This document shows positions 11,286-24,978 of a stretch of 35,512 bases of DNA, piece after piece; the stretch's first letter is position 1, and every line of letters starts with the position of its first letter. Position numbers and translations under genes: made by a program. Source of the stretch: Octopus bimaculoides (lineage: Eukaryota); contig NC_068988.1 of assembly GCF_001194135.2 (NCBI RefSeq), positions 77,887,278 to 77,922,789 of the forward strand, given 5' to 3'. The notes under the pieces are model-generated. The model saw only the letters and a list, made by a program, of their open reading frames with translations, searched no databases and was not told the DNA's origin.

Positions 11286-12360
11286 TATATATGCATGAAT
11301 GCATGCATATTAGTGTGCACACATGTCCACACACACATGTACTCTCATGCATGTGCATCTATGAGTAGACATGTGCATAACAAGCATTGGGGATTGGTAA
11401 TTGGTGGTCCTGCTCATGGAGTTGGCTGGTGACAGAGAGGATGGAGGATATCAGGCTTGAACAGTAGATTACAAGATTTATTTCTGCACTGCGCATCAGC
11501 TGTAAGTTGCCAAGTCTATTATGTTCATACACCATTACACAAGATCATTCTTTATAATTACCATGTAATTGAATATTTTCCAAAAACAACTGTGTATAGG
11601 TGCTTCACCAGATGGAATATAAGATATTCATACCTTGAAGGTCACCCTGACTCTGTTATTATTATTGTTGCAGGTGGTATTATTGTAATATTATATATAC
11701 ATTTATGCTTTTGTCCCTTGGAATTTGATAAGTTGATTGTTGCAAAGTGATGTACATCATATACCCAGAGTATTCAGAAAATTCCAACAGGAATTAATTA
11801 TATTCCACCTGGTTAAGTACCCACAAACCACTGTTGCTGAAAAATATCCAACTAAATTATGAAGTAATTATAAAGAATAATCTTGTTGTGTGGTGCAGAA
11901 ACAAATGTTGTGATCTATTATTAAAGCCTAATATCCTCTATCCTGATGTTATATTATTCTTATATTAATCTTATGCAAAGAGGAGTTCCTCATGTGTATC
12001 CAACCCTGGAATATACCCTACTGTAGAATAACATGTGGTAGCCAAATATTGGCATAAGAGCTCTTAAATGCATGTTATGAGGTTTTTACCTGAATTATAC
12101 TGTCTTGCAAACAACTTGCACATGCAAATGCTACCAGTCGAGAACTCCGCATACCAGAAGCCAGCCAAGTGTATGGGGTCATCAGGAGAGAATGCACGCT
12201 GTTTCGGGGCCTACCTCTCGACGGCATCAATGTGCACCGGCCCCCCCCTCACTGATATGAGGCCCCGCTTGCTAGATCAACTGGTTATTAAAAACAAAGC
12301 TCAATATTTCTCTAACCATCACACATCGTCTCTTTTTAACCAAATCCAGTGGCTTATATA

Positions 12361-13593
12361 TAAAGTGTTTCCTCCTAAAATGTATGCACACTTTAATATA
12401 TGATATCACATTTACTTTCCATTTATTTCTAGATTTAATCCATTAGGGTGAAGAGAATGAGACTAAGATTTAAACAAAAGAAATTTTTCCTGAAGTGCAG
12501 CAGGAAGTTTGTAAACACAGTCAAAATGTAAAGACAGTTTAGAGGGGAGTTTGAAATAGATCCACCTCCCAACTTACCATCACTCAGATTAGAGATAAGT
12601 TTGAAACAGATGAAAATATTCAGAATGTCCTCAAGAAATATTCCAGAAGACTGACTGGATATTGATGATCTCTACAAAAACAAGAAAGGTTACTAGAAAC
12701 ATATTACCAGAGTTCAATAAAATGTGTGCAAGTAAGTTAGGAAATAGGAATTTCAAAATCAAGTGTCCATTGCATTTTGAAGTACTGTCATTAGAAAAGT
12801 TACTATTTTAGAATATTCCATATTCTCACTGAAGATGATCTGAACCCAGGAGTGGGATATACAAGTGGTTCCTAACAAGATGTGTGAGAGATGCACTTTA
12901 CAACAAAGATTACTAAAAGGGATGAGACTATGCTAATTAAAGTGTTCAATTTACCACCAGAGTTGCACCTAGTGGGAACCTGAAAAGCTGCAGATGGCAG
13001 AAAAATATAGTGTTAATTTACTAGGTGTCACAATATAGTGTGGTTTACCATCAAAATAATTAGTTGGTGCATTCGTTTTTTGATGGTACTTTGATCGGTC
13101 CCATTTATTTGAACTTGCTGCAACAATTTGTCATGACAAGCATTCAAGAGGACTTTGAAGATGTGAAGTTATATTTCCAACAAGATGGAGCACACTAATA
13201 CTACCATAATTATGTAAGGGCCTACATTGATGAGATTTTGCTGAACTAGTGGATTGGATGAAGAGGTTCAGTGGAATATGTTCAGTATTCACTGGATCTC
13301 ACATGACTAGGTACTTTATGGGGATACTTAATGATAAAAGTTTATGTTACAAAACCAGCAATGTTTAACGAACTGAGAGCAGCCATTGAATGTGAATGTC
13401 ACAAGTGCTGAATGAAATGCACCTTTGTTTGAATGCCATTACTTTACATTACTAGCAGTGCCTGAATCAAGCAGACATAAAAAGAATTTTAAATTGTCTG
13501 CAGATTCTATAACATTTTGAAAATGAAATGTATTTGAATAAACATCGGCTTTATAATCATTCAAAGTGTATATACATTTCTGGGGACATTTTG
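12361..13593 (+). mobile_element. Tc1/mariner DD41D (rosa/Visitor-type) transposon, pseudogenised, both TIRs present
   Basis: Imperfect TIRs taaagtgtttcctcctaaaatgtatgcacacttt and (reverse complement) caaaatgtccccagaaatgtatatacacttt. FQQD followed by 41 codons to the SLDLT*LG remnant of SPDLTPLD; N-terminus resembles DUF4817-type HTH. Confidence 0.8.
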
Positions 13594-13614
13594 TACATGT
13601 GTATATATATATAT

Positions 13615-13934
13615 GTGAAGGCGCATAGTGGTCAGGGCATTCGGTTCACGATCGTAAGGTTGTGAGTTCAATTCTTGGTGACTCTTTGTGTCCTTGAGCA
13701 AGACACTTTATTTCACGTTGCCCGAGTCTACTCAGCTGGCAAAAATGAGTTGTAGCTGTAATTCAAAGGGCCAGCTTTGTTACATTCTGTGTCACACTGA
13801 ATCTCCCTGAGAACTACGTTAAGGATACACGTGTATGTGGAGTCCTCAGTCACCTGCATGTTAATTTCCCGAGCCAGCAGTTCCGTTGATTGTATCAGCT
13901 GGGACCCTCATCATCATAACTGAGGGAGAGCTCC
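13615..13934 (+). mobile_element. tRNA-type SINE family 3
   Basis: tRNA-like head with B-box-like gagttcaattc, then tgtgtccttgagcaagacacttta; partial second copy at 25545-25668. Confidence 0.8.
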
Positions 13935-13953
13935 TATATATATATATATATAT

Positions 13954-14477
13954 NNNNNNNNNNNNNNNNNNNNNNNNNNNNNNNNNNNNNNNNNNNNNNN
14001 NNNNNNNNNNNNNNNNNNNNNNNNNNNNNNNNNNNNNNNNNNNNNNNNNNNNNNNNNNNNNNNNNNNNNNNNNNNNNNNNNNNNNNNNNNNNNNNNNNNN
14101 NNNNNNNNNNNNNNNNNNNNNNNNNNNNNNNNNNNNNNNNNNNNNNNNNNNNNNNNNNNNNNNNNNNNNNNNNNNNNNNNNNNNNNNNNNNNNNNNNNNN
14201 NNNNNNNNNNNNNNNNNNNNNNNNNNNNNNNNNNNNNNNNNNNNNNNNNNNNNNNNNNNNNNNNNNNNNNNNNNNNNNNNNNNNNNNNNNNNNNNNNNNN
14301 NNNNNNNNNNNNNNNNNNNNNNNNNNNNNNNNNNNNNNNNNNNNNNNNNNNNNNNNNNNNNNNNNNNNNNNNNNNNNNNNNNNNNNNNNNNNNNNNNNNN
14401 NNNNNNNNNNNNNNNNNNNNNNNNNNNNNNNNNNNNNNNNNNNNNNNNNNNNNNNNNNNNNNNNNNNNNNNNNNNNC
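13954..14477. other. Assembly gap (N run)
   Basis: Run of N. Confidence 1.
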
Positions 14478-16047
14478 TTAGAGTCAAGCTAGCTAAAACC
14501 AAAGTCCTAATAAGTAGGTAGGTAGACAAAACACAAACCCCTTCAGGTAGATGGCCCTGCTCAATCTGTAGAAAAGGCATAGGTAGAAACTCCATCAGAT
14601 GTACCCAGTGTAAGCTATGGACACAAGAGGTGCAGCAATATCAAAGGAAGGCTAACTAGCAAGATAGTTTTTGTATGTGGCAGATGCTCAGGAGCAATAA
14701 ACACTGAAAATGTGCAAAAAACAACCTTTGCCACACTCCAGGGAGAAAAGCTAGAAGTAGTTGATAGCTTCTGCTACCTAGGTGACAAAGTTTGTAGCGG
14801 GGGAGGGTGCACTGAAAGTGTAGCTGCTAGAATAAGAATAGCCTGGGCAAAGTTCAAAGAGCTCTTACCTCTGCTAGTGACAAAGGGCCTCTCACACAGA
14901 GTAAAAGGCAGACTGTATGACGCATGTGTATGAACAGCCATGCTTCATGGTAGTGAAACATGGGCCGTGACTGCTGAGGACATGCGTAAGCTCGCATGGG
15001 ACGAAGCCAGTATGCTCCGATGGATGTAGAATGTCAGTGTGCATACTCGACAGAGTGTTAGTACTTTGAGAGAAAAAGTTTGACCTAAGAAGCATCAGTT
15101 GTAGTGTGCAAGAGAGACGATTGCGCTGGTATGGACATGTGGCAAGAATGGATGAGGATAGCTGTGTGAAAAAGTGTCACACCCTAGCAGTTCAGGGAAC
15201 CTGTGGAAGAGGTGGACCCAGGAAGACCTGGGATGAGGTGGTGAAGCATGACCTTCGAACTTTAGGCCTCACTGAGGCAATAACCAGTGAACAGGACCTT
15301 TGGAAATATGCAGACCCGGCAAGGCAAGTGAGAGCATAATCTGTGACCTTTGCCAGAAGTGTAGCCAGCTAACTTATTCATATCTTTACTTCATTGGACA
15401 CTAAAACCTCTACTTGCGAAGACCTGTTGAGGCAAGTGAATTTGGAATTTGAAATTTGAAATCTGAAATCGAAATTGAACCAAATCCGGCGACGGGCACC
15501 CATGCCAACCTCTCCTTCATTGGACACTAAACTCTGCTTGCGAAGAACTGTTGGGGCAAGTGAAATCGAAATCGTAATTGAACCATACTCAATGACTAGC
15601 ACCTGCGCCAGTGGAGCACTAACAGCACTGTTGAGCGTATTTATCGCCAGAGCAGCTGTCTGGCTTCCTTGCTAGTGGCCTGTAAATAGCACCGTTTGAG
15701 CGTAATCGTTACCAGCCTTGCCTTCTAGCACTTGTGCTGGTGACACGTTAGAAAATCATTCAAGCGAGGACATTGCCAGTGCCACTGGACTGGCTCCCGT
15801 GTAGGTGGCACGTAAAAAACACCTTTTTGAGCGTGGCCGTTGCCAGTACCGTGTGACTGGCCTTCGTACCGGTGGCACATAAACGCACCCACTACACTCT
15901 CGGAGTGGTTGGCGTTAGGAAGAGCATCAATCTGTAAAAACTCTGCCAGATCAGATTGGAGCCTGGTGCAGCCTTCTGTCTTGCCAGTCCTCAATCAAAT
16001 CGTCCAACCCATGCTAACATGGAAAGCGAACATTAAACGATGATGAT
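14478..16047 (+). mobile_element. RTE-clade LINE, 3' part (RT end, PHD-like finger, thumb, long 3' UTR, (GAT)n tail)
   Basis: LRVKLAKTKVL...CSICRKGIGRNSIRCTQCKLWT...EVVDSFCYLGD...QERRLRWYGHVARMDEDS; ends catgctaacatggaaagcgaacattaaacgatgatgat. Multiple frameshifts and stops. Confidence 0.92.
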
Positions 16048-16401
16048 ACACACATACACACACACATCATACATGTGTGTGTGTGTGTGTGTATGTACAT
16101 AGGCATGTATATAGACATGCACACGCACACACACACACACATACACACACACATGCACACACACATACACACACACACACATACACACATGTGATGTGTA
16201 TGTGGAGGTAGGTAAGCAGTGACTGTTGTTATTTTGAATTATTTACTTTTAGTTTCATTTAATACATTAAAGTCACAAGATTTTGCAAATCATTAAATAC
16301 ATATGATTAATTATAGTCATTTTTCTTATGTGCTTACACATGCTTGTGTGTGTGTGTGTGTGTGTGTGTGGGTGTGTGTGTGCGTGCGTGTGTGTGCGTG
16401 C

Positions 16402-16437
<36 letters not shown>

Positions 16438-16470
16438 CATGCGCATGTCAGTCTATGTGTGTCTATGACT
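16048..16470. repeat. (CA)n/(TG)n microsatellite cluster
   Basis: Direct reading. Confidence 0.85.
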
Positions 16471-17123
16471 GTGTGATCGTGTCTATTGATACATTTTTTG
16501 TTATATTGTTTTTCCCATTAGTTGGAAATCGTTCAGAAAAAGGCTTGGTAATTGATGTCATAATGTGTCAGCAATATTAACATCAATGTTTTGACAGAAG
16601 TGAAGTTGTTATGTAGGCAACCGCAATGAACTGAAACAACATATTTGTCTTCTGTTTCCTCTCCTGTTTGAAATACAAGAACATAATGTAAATTAACGCA
16701 TGCAACAATCAGCAACATTTAAGTACTTTCCAAGATTCCAAAATAAATATTGAAAACGAGAAAGATTAACATGTAACCAAAGAAATGAATTTAAAAAGAA
16801 GTATTTGATCAACTGGAAAAGAGAGGGAAATTAGAGGAAACATGAAGAAGATAATAAATATTTAGTTTATTCTTCAAAATTGATTTCAAGGGAGGATTTT
16901 GGAATTAATCAATATTATCTTTGAGTCTCATCATCAACTCAATCTAAATATAAAAACAAAACTAAAGGTTACCACTGTATAATTAATTCCCATCATCAGT
17001 GAATTTCTCAGCAGGTAATACAAATAAATATACATATAAATGTAAATATAAACATATATGTACAAATGTAAATACAATATAAATATATACAAATAACTCT
17101 ATCTATCTATCTATCTGTGTATA

Positions 17124-17161
<38 letters not shown>

Positions 17162-17877
17162 CACATGAATATATAAATATATATATATAAATATATAAAT
17201 AAATTTATATATAAAGATATATATATACATATACGCCTATGTATATACTTACATATACATGCATATGTATGCATTTGCATATATGTACATACATGTGTGT
17301 GTGTGTGTCTACTTAAATATATATTTATATATTGTATAGAAGCAATATTTACATTTTGTGTACAGAATACATCTTGTGGAGATCGTACAATGTTAAATAA
17401 GCTTTGAGCAAGTCAAGCTAACATATAAAGTATGATTTGGTTTGGGTAACAACAACTGACCAATGAATAAATATAAAATGAATACACAATGAAAGAAGGG
17501 TATAATGGAAGAGAAGTGTTGTATTTCATGCATAAATGAATAAATGAACCAAAACTGTGTCATACATAATAAAATAGGTGTGAAGTAGTGAAAGAAAATT
17601 ATGCAGAATTAATTAGGAAGGGAAATGTTGGAACATAAGTCTTTCTGTTAGTTGCAAATGTAAATACATGCATACACACAAATATATATATAAACGTACG
17701 TGTGTGTGTGTGTGTGTGTGTGTGTGGGACAAGAACGCAAAACATCCAGACAGTTAGGTGATACAAGAAAGGAACAAAACATACAGATAGATGATACAAG
17801 GAAAACAGGTCATTCGGAGTTTTCTCTCTTCAGTCGGGATCCAGATTATCCTTGCATTTTTGGTTGGTTATTCTTGA

Positions 17878-18818
17878 TACAAGTGGGAGTTCACCAAGGA
17901 TCAGTGCTCAGCCCCTTCTTGTTCATCATAGTCCTCCAGGCTTCAAGGCAGGCTGCCCTTGGGAGCTCTTCTATGCTGATGACCTTGTTCTTGTAACTGA
18001 ATCAATACCAGAACTAGAGAAGAGGTTTCAGGTATGGATGCAAAGTCTAGAATCAAAGGGCATTAGAGTTAACCTAGCAAAAACCAAAGTCATAGTAAGT
18101 AGGAAGGCAGACAAATTGCAAATCCCATCAGTTAGATAGAGTCCTGCTCGATCTGCAGAAAAGGCATAGGTAGGAACTCCATATGTACCTGGTGTAAGCT
18201 ATGGATGCATAAGAGGTGCAGAAGTATCAGTGGAATGTTAACAAGAAAAATAGCTTTTGTGTATCGAAGATGCACAGGTACAAGAAACACTAAAAATGTA
18301 CAGATAATAGACTCTACCAACTGCCAGTGGGGTAAGCTAGAGGTAGTAGATAGCTTCTGTTATCTTGGTGACCAAGTTAGTAGCAGAGGTGGATGCTCCA
18401 AAAGCATGACTGTGAGAATAGAAATAGGGTGGGCATGGTTCAGAGAGTTCCTACCTCCAGAGTGAAAGGTAGATTGTATGATGCCTGTGTGTGAACAGCT
18501 ATGCTACATGGCAGTGAAACATGGGCTTTGAGAACCGAGGATATGCATAGGCTTGAAAGATTGGAGCCAGTATGCTTCACTAGATGTGCAATATCAGTGC
18601 GCATTTTTGACTGAGTGTAAGCATCTTGAAAGAAAAGTTGGGCATAAGAGACATCAGATGTGTGCAAGAGAGACAACTGTGCTGGTATGGTCATGTGATG
18701 CATATGGATGAGGACAGCTGAGTAAAGAAGTGCTGATCTCTAACAGTGGAGGAAATCTGAGGTAGAGATAGACCCAGGAAGACATGAGACGAGGTGTGAA
18801 GCAAGATCTTCAAACTTA
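17878..18818 (+). mobile_element. RTE-clade LINE internal fragment, diverged copy
   Basis: QVGVHQGSVLSPFLFIIVLQ, CPWELFYADDLVL, LWMHKRC, EVVDSFCYLGD. Confidence 0.9.
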
Positions 18819-19990
18819 GTTTATGGCTGGGAGATAACAGCTTACTCAAAGTAACCTCCCTCAGCTTCCACAACAGTCTCAAGATTACTCTGGAACCTGG
18901 TGCATGAGATCCTTACTGCATCCCTAGGAAGATCTTCAAGCACCTCGATCATGGCCACCTGTTCATCCTTGGTGTTGCAGGTAAATAGTTTGGTGTCCTT
19001 CTCAACCATGCCTAACTCATAGTAAACTAATATGGGAAATCAGGAGGCCTGTAATTGGAGCTGGTGAAATCATAGAAATTCTCCAACAATCACTTCTGAC
19101 TTGCTGGAAGTATAGCACAAAGCCAAATTCTGCTCCTGCACATATGGCCTTCCAGCAGCAACTCTCTCCAGTAGCTTAACCTAACCATCTGAATTGAGCC
19201 TAAGGCCAAGTTCAAAGATGTGGATTGGCATGATGTTGCCCTCACTGGAGATACACACAAAAACAATCACAGTTTAGGGGAACTTGGTTTTCATGATATG
19301 TAAGACATCACATGGAATGCAGGCAAGCCTCTTGTCCTGGGCACTGTGCAACTGGTCCTGGCAGAAGTTCTTTTCATCTGAGAAGAATTAGATCATCTCC
19401 AGTTCAAAAGAATACCTCACCTTGTTCAGGAGCTTCTTTGTCTTCATCAAAAGGTTCTCCTTAGCTTTGGATATCAGAATTTGTCCCTTGCACCTTTTGT
19501 GTGAGTGGTAGTAAAGGTCCTCATTCAGGGCCAGCTTCATGGTGGTGACTTCAACACCAATCTTTCTTGCCAAAGCCCAGAATCCCTTGCTTGGATCTTC
19601 CATCACACTGTCCTGCAGGTGTCAAATAAATTCCAGCATGTGAACACAGTCAGAATGTCTGTTGCATCCCTTCCTATTGGCCACAACTTCGTAGTCTTCG
19701 TTGCAGCTATCCATATCACATCTAACAGTCTTCACAGTGTTTACAAAGCATTGAGTAGCAGTCATGATGTCAGTATTTTGATACCCAACTTGAATCATCA
19801 TGATACAGATAGCTCTTTTCCAATATTTAGGCGGCTTCCATTCCTCCACTTTTTCTCAACTACAATTTTAATCTTTATGCTCTCCAATGCTATTGATTGC
19901 TCACCAATACATCAAACTGTTCCTCAAAAAATGAGACATGAAATATTGTCACACTTAACTCAAACACCTTGTAACATGGCAGTCATTTGT
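18815..19990 (-). mobile_element. maT (DD37D-type) transposon, pseudogenised
   Basis: MEEWKPPKYWKRAI...VMEDPSKGFWALARKIGV...FFSDEKNFCQDQ...GMVEKDTK...VVEAEGGYFE*; same domain order as 2133-3394. Family assigned by similarity; catalytic spacing is obscured by frameshifts. Confidence 0.8.
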
Positions 19991-20029
19991 AGCATGTTTC
20001 GCACCACCACCACCAACACTACCACAAAC

Positions 20030-20420
20030 ATCTACACCAACCATACCATCTGTATTTCATGTACCACTTATACCACCACTAATACCTTCTACATCATCTG
20101 CACTGTATGTATGATGTGTGTCATTTGTATAATCAGTATCACCTGCAAGATCTATTTACACTATTTGTACCATTTATACCATCTGTACAATATGTGCAAC
20201 TTTTACCACTTGCACTCGAAGCACTCTCTGCACAATATGCATCATATCCAAACCATCATCGGTGATTAACATCATCTCCACCATCTGAATAAAATGTGCA
20301 GTTTGCATCATTATCAGCAACTACCTAAGCAACACTGACTGTGTCATCTGCACCATTTGCAGAATACACATAATGTGCACCATCATCACTGATCATATAG
20401 TGTTTTTAACTGCATCAACT
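20030..20420. repeat. Degenerate 9-nt tandem repeat (CACCATCTG-like)
   Basis: Recurring caccatctg/catcatctg/taccatttg units give HLY/HHL and C-x-x periodic translations. Confidence 0.55.
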
Positions 20421-21303
20421 GCACCAGCTGCTCTTATACTTATAAATCGAATTAAGGAAAATTTGTTTCCAATTCAAGAGAAAGAAGAATATAAATGAAT
20501 TCAACCAAATAATTCATTGATTTTTCTTTATATATTTTTCTCACACTGTGATGTATTTATGAGGAATATATATGTATATATATGCATAGATAATTATATG
20601 AATATACACATATATTTAAATAGATATATATAAATACATATTCATATGCATGCATACATACATACATGCATATACACACACATGCACACATACATATGCA
20701 TAAATATGTGTGTGTGGGTGTGTTTGTGTGTGCATTGTGTATCTTTCCAAAATTAAAATAGTGCAATAATGTTAAGAGATCATTTTCTGTGCGACAATAT
20801 CAGATCTAGAGAGATATATCTACCTATTTGTGTCTCCAGACAATAGTTCCACTGCTTTGTAAAAGCAGCCATTGTTAGGGCAAAAATAATCATTTCACTG
20901 ATTAATTTAATTACTGATGAAAACAAAAATTTATTTTTAAACATTTTATTATTTGCATTTAATTAATTCATGTTTGAGTGTATAAAATCAGTAATGCCTC
21001 TGTTTAGCCATGATTTATCTAATAATTATTTTTATTCTTAATAGTTCTGTTGATTAAGAAATTGGTAATGCCAATAAACGAGAGATATATATAAATCAAG
21101 GCAATGAAGTAGAGCAAATTCATCAATTGATATCCAGTCATTGTTTCTACAGTGTAATCAATGATCTATCTATAGACATAGTTAATTAAGTTATAAACTA
21201 GTTAATATGGCTCTCTAAATATCTATAACTTGAAAAATAACCTTATTTAACTCAGATTTATTTCACTGAACCATTTTGACTAACCAAGAGATTATAAGGT
21301 TTT

Positions 21304-21477
<174 letters not shown>

Positions 21478-22397
21478 CAAAACTGAAAATAATGTAACTA
21501 AAGAAAAATTTAAACACAAAATGAACAAAAAACGAAAAAGCATGGAAGGAAAAAATATAAAGTCAGTTTGCAAGAGATGGGAACGTCAAGACAGATACAG
21601 AGGACTGGTGACCATGGATGACGAGGAGTGACCTGAAGATAGAGACAGATGTACTCATATGCACAGCTCAGGAACAAGCATTAACGACCAATTGTATGAC
21701 GGGCAAAATTGACAACACTCCCGATGGCAACAAATGCAGAATGTGTGGTGAAAGGGGTGAAACAGTATGTCACATCGTTAGCAAATGCCGGAGATTGGGT
21801 TGGCACAACATGAATACAAATGACACCATGACAATGTGGCAAGATTGATCCATTGGAGCTCTGTGGAAACCACGGCCTACAAAGAGCAAAGACGTAATAT
21901 GAGCAAACCCCAGAAGGAATCATCGAAAATGAGAACTGCAAAATTCTGTGGGATATAATGATCAAGTGCGATCACCTGACCAAACATAGGAAATCAAACA
22001 TTGTTGTGGTGAATAAACAAGAAAGAACATATATGATAATCAACATAACATGCCCCAATGACAACAGGATCAGTGTGAAAGAAGAAGAAAAAATAAACAA
22101 CTATGATGATTTAAAGTGGGAAATATGAAGGTTGTGGTCAATGAAGAGAGTAGACGTGATGCCAATAGTAATTGGTGCATTTGGAAGTATCAGCACTCAA
22201 CTACCAACATGGCTGAAAAAGAATGGTGCAAGTGTGAAGGTAGAATAACTACAAAAATCAGCATTGCTTGGAACTGCAAGAATTCTTTGCAGGGTTTTTG
22301 AAGCATGACCAGTAAACAAGTGTTGCCTTAGTCTGCTGGCTGTGGGCAGCTGACACTTTCCATCATACCCAGCAAAATAAGCTGTGAGTTTTCATAT
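21478..22397 (+). mobile_element. R4/Dong-like non-LTR retrotransposon, 3' fragment (CCHC knuckle plus REL endonuclease)
   Basis: DLKIETDVLICTAQEQAL...CRMCGERGETVCHIVSKC...KILWDIMIKCDH...KINNYDDLKWEI...PIVIGAFG...LLGTARIL; followed by (AAT)-rich tail. Confidence 0.9.
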
Positions 22398-22430
22398 AAT
22401 AATAATAAAAATAAAATAATAATAATAATA

Positions 22431-24978
22431 GAGACATAGAAGAGGCCAATGCTTCCCTCAAATATCAAGAATGGCAGGATATAACTGGTGAAGAAGTGAA
22501 AGCGGTGCTTGCCACATCAAAGAAATGGAAATCCCCAGGTATAGATAAGATACCAAATTTTTGGCTAACTCTTTCATGAGCACCCACCACAACTTAGCCA
22601 TAGCACTCAATGAAGTTATGTCCAACTCTAAGTCCCAAAGTGGCTTGCAGAAGGGATAGCATATCTCCTACCAAAAACAGAAGAAACTACTAAACCCCCA
22701 AAATACCAACCCATAACATGCCTCACCACCATATATAAACTATTAACAACTATAATAGCGAATAGAGTATATGAAAATTCACAGAGACAATAGGAAGTTA
22801 TTCCCAATGGAACAAAAGAGATGTAAAAGGACCAATTACTGATTGATAAAATGGTCATTGAAAATTGCAAATCCAAACGCAGAAACTTTAGCACCACTTG
22901 AATAGATTACAAGAAGGCTTTTGACAGTGTCCCCGATGTATGGATCATCAAGGCCCAGGAAATTTACAAGATAGCTCCAGCAATTGTGAACTTTTTAAAA
23001 GTAATCATGAATTTGTGGAGAACCACCCACATTTTAAACCATACACAAGGATACACCACCTCACCAGACATTACTATCACCTGTGGTATCTTTCAAGGTG
23101 ATTCATTATCACCATTACTATTCTGCCTCACTCTGTTCCTTTTATCCACACAACTGAATAATGCTAAGAGAGAGTATAAGATCTTTGACCAGAAAATTAA
23201 TCATCTACTCTATATATATGGATGATCTAAAACTGTTTGTCAAAAATGACAAAGAATTAGAAGAGCTCCTGAATATTGCCAAGGAATTCAGCTCTGATAT
23301 AAGTATGGAATTCGAACTTGATAAATGTGAAAAGGCTACTTTCAAGGCAGGGAAGTTCATAAAGCAAAAATCATAGAACTTAATACTATCACAGTTATTT
23401 GAAACCTAGACCAATCCAAAGTATACAAATATCTGGGAATCAATGGAGGTAATGGTATCCAGCACTCTAAAATGAAAGAGAAAATCTGCAAGGAATGCTA
23501 CCAAAGGGTAAGAATGGTTCTAAACTACGAATTAAATGCTGCTAACAGGATGAATGTGATCATTTTTTTGGCCATACCAGTAACCACATATAGCTTTGCT
23601 ATCATTAGGTGGAGTCTCATTGACATGCAGAATATTGATAGAAAGATCCGTAAAATCTTTACAAGATACCAAATGCACCATCCAAAATCAGATGTAGACA
23701 GGATCTATCTCTCAAGAAAAATAGGTAGAAGAGTCCTGATACAGCTTGAACAATCCTTCAAATCAGCAATAATAGGCCTTGAAACGTACCTTAATACAAC
23801 AAGTGGTGTGCTCTTACGAACTGCACTGAAGCATGAAGATACTAAGCAAGCGTAAGTCATGAAGCTTAGTCAGAAATTTAAAAAGTCTCTTGGCTTACAA
23901 GTTAACAATACGAATGACCAAAGACACCCAGAGACACTCAAAGACACCCAGAGGCACCCAAAAGCAGACCCACCATTGTTTCTCCTGATTTAAAAATTAA
24001 CAATCAGAAAGACCAAAGAGATCCAAATAGTGACAAACATTGATGCAAAGAACATCAAACAAAAAGCAAAGAAGGCTTGCATGAATAATATCGAAGACAC
24101 TGGAAAGGTAAACTCCTGCATGGAAAATACCTTAACTGCCTGTCCAAGCCAGATATTGATCAAAATCTAATACCAAAAATGGCTACAAGGGACAGGTCTG
24201 AAAGGGGAAACAGAAGGTTTTGCTATTGCAGGGCAAAATCGGAGCTTACCTACCAGAAACTTCCATGCAAACATCCTGACCCCTCGTGCAGAATTTGCAG
24301 AAAATTCACAGAGACAATTGATCATGTTTCTGGTTGTCCAGTCCTCACTGAAAAAGAGTACCTCATAAGATATGACAGACTAGGGTAGTACATCCACTGG
24401 GATGCTTGTAAATAGAACAAAAATAAATCCCATGATAAGTGGTACAGGCACTACCCAGAGAATGTAGTAAATGGCAAGGGCGTCACCATCCTTTGGAACT
24501 TTTCAATGCAAACAGACAGAAAAATTGACTCCAATCGACCAGACATTGTGATTGAGGACTACAACAGAGGAGCTTGTCTGTTAATAAATATGTCAGTCCC
24601 AAGAGATCAAAATGTATCAAGAAAAGAATACGAAAAGCTTTCTCATTATAAAGATCTGTAAAGTGAAATCACAAAAATGTGGAAGCTGAGTACTACGATA
24701 ACACGAGTAATAATTGGTGAGTTGGGAACGATAAAGAAAGGAGCTGAGAAATATATTAAGCGACTCTCTTGTAACTCCAGTCTCCATGAACTACAAAAGA
24801 CAACCTTGATGGGTACAGCCCATATACTACAGAAAGCACTCTCCATCTAAAATGGAATAAATGTGGTAATAGTTTTAGCATGCATATCAAAACAAAAGTG
24901 CTCTTGCTATTTTTGGCCTCTAGAGGATGCCCGGTACTAAGGCAGCTGAAATAAAGTTATAATGAAAGGAAACCATAA

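Noticed and set aside
13615-13700. tRNA gene (also SINE heads at 5434 and 7421)
   Set aside because: A/B-box-like motifs are present but there is no complete cloverleaf, and each continues into a SINE body.
17727-17875. Minus-strand CTGAAGA...GAAT hammerhead-like string
   Set aside because: GAAA is altered, there is no pairing stem I and no clear NUH site.
19505-20269. 254-aa ORF, the longest without X
   Set aside because: It is the antisense of the maT transposase remnant fused to a 9-nt repeat tract.
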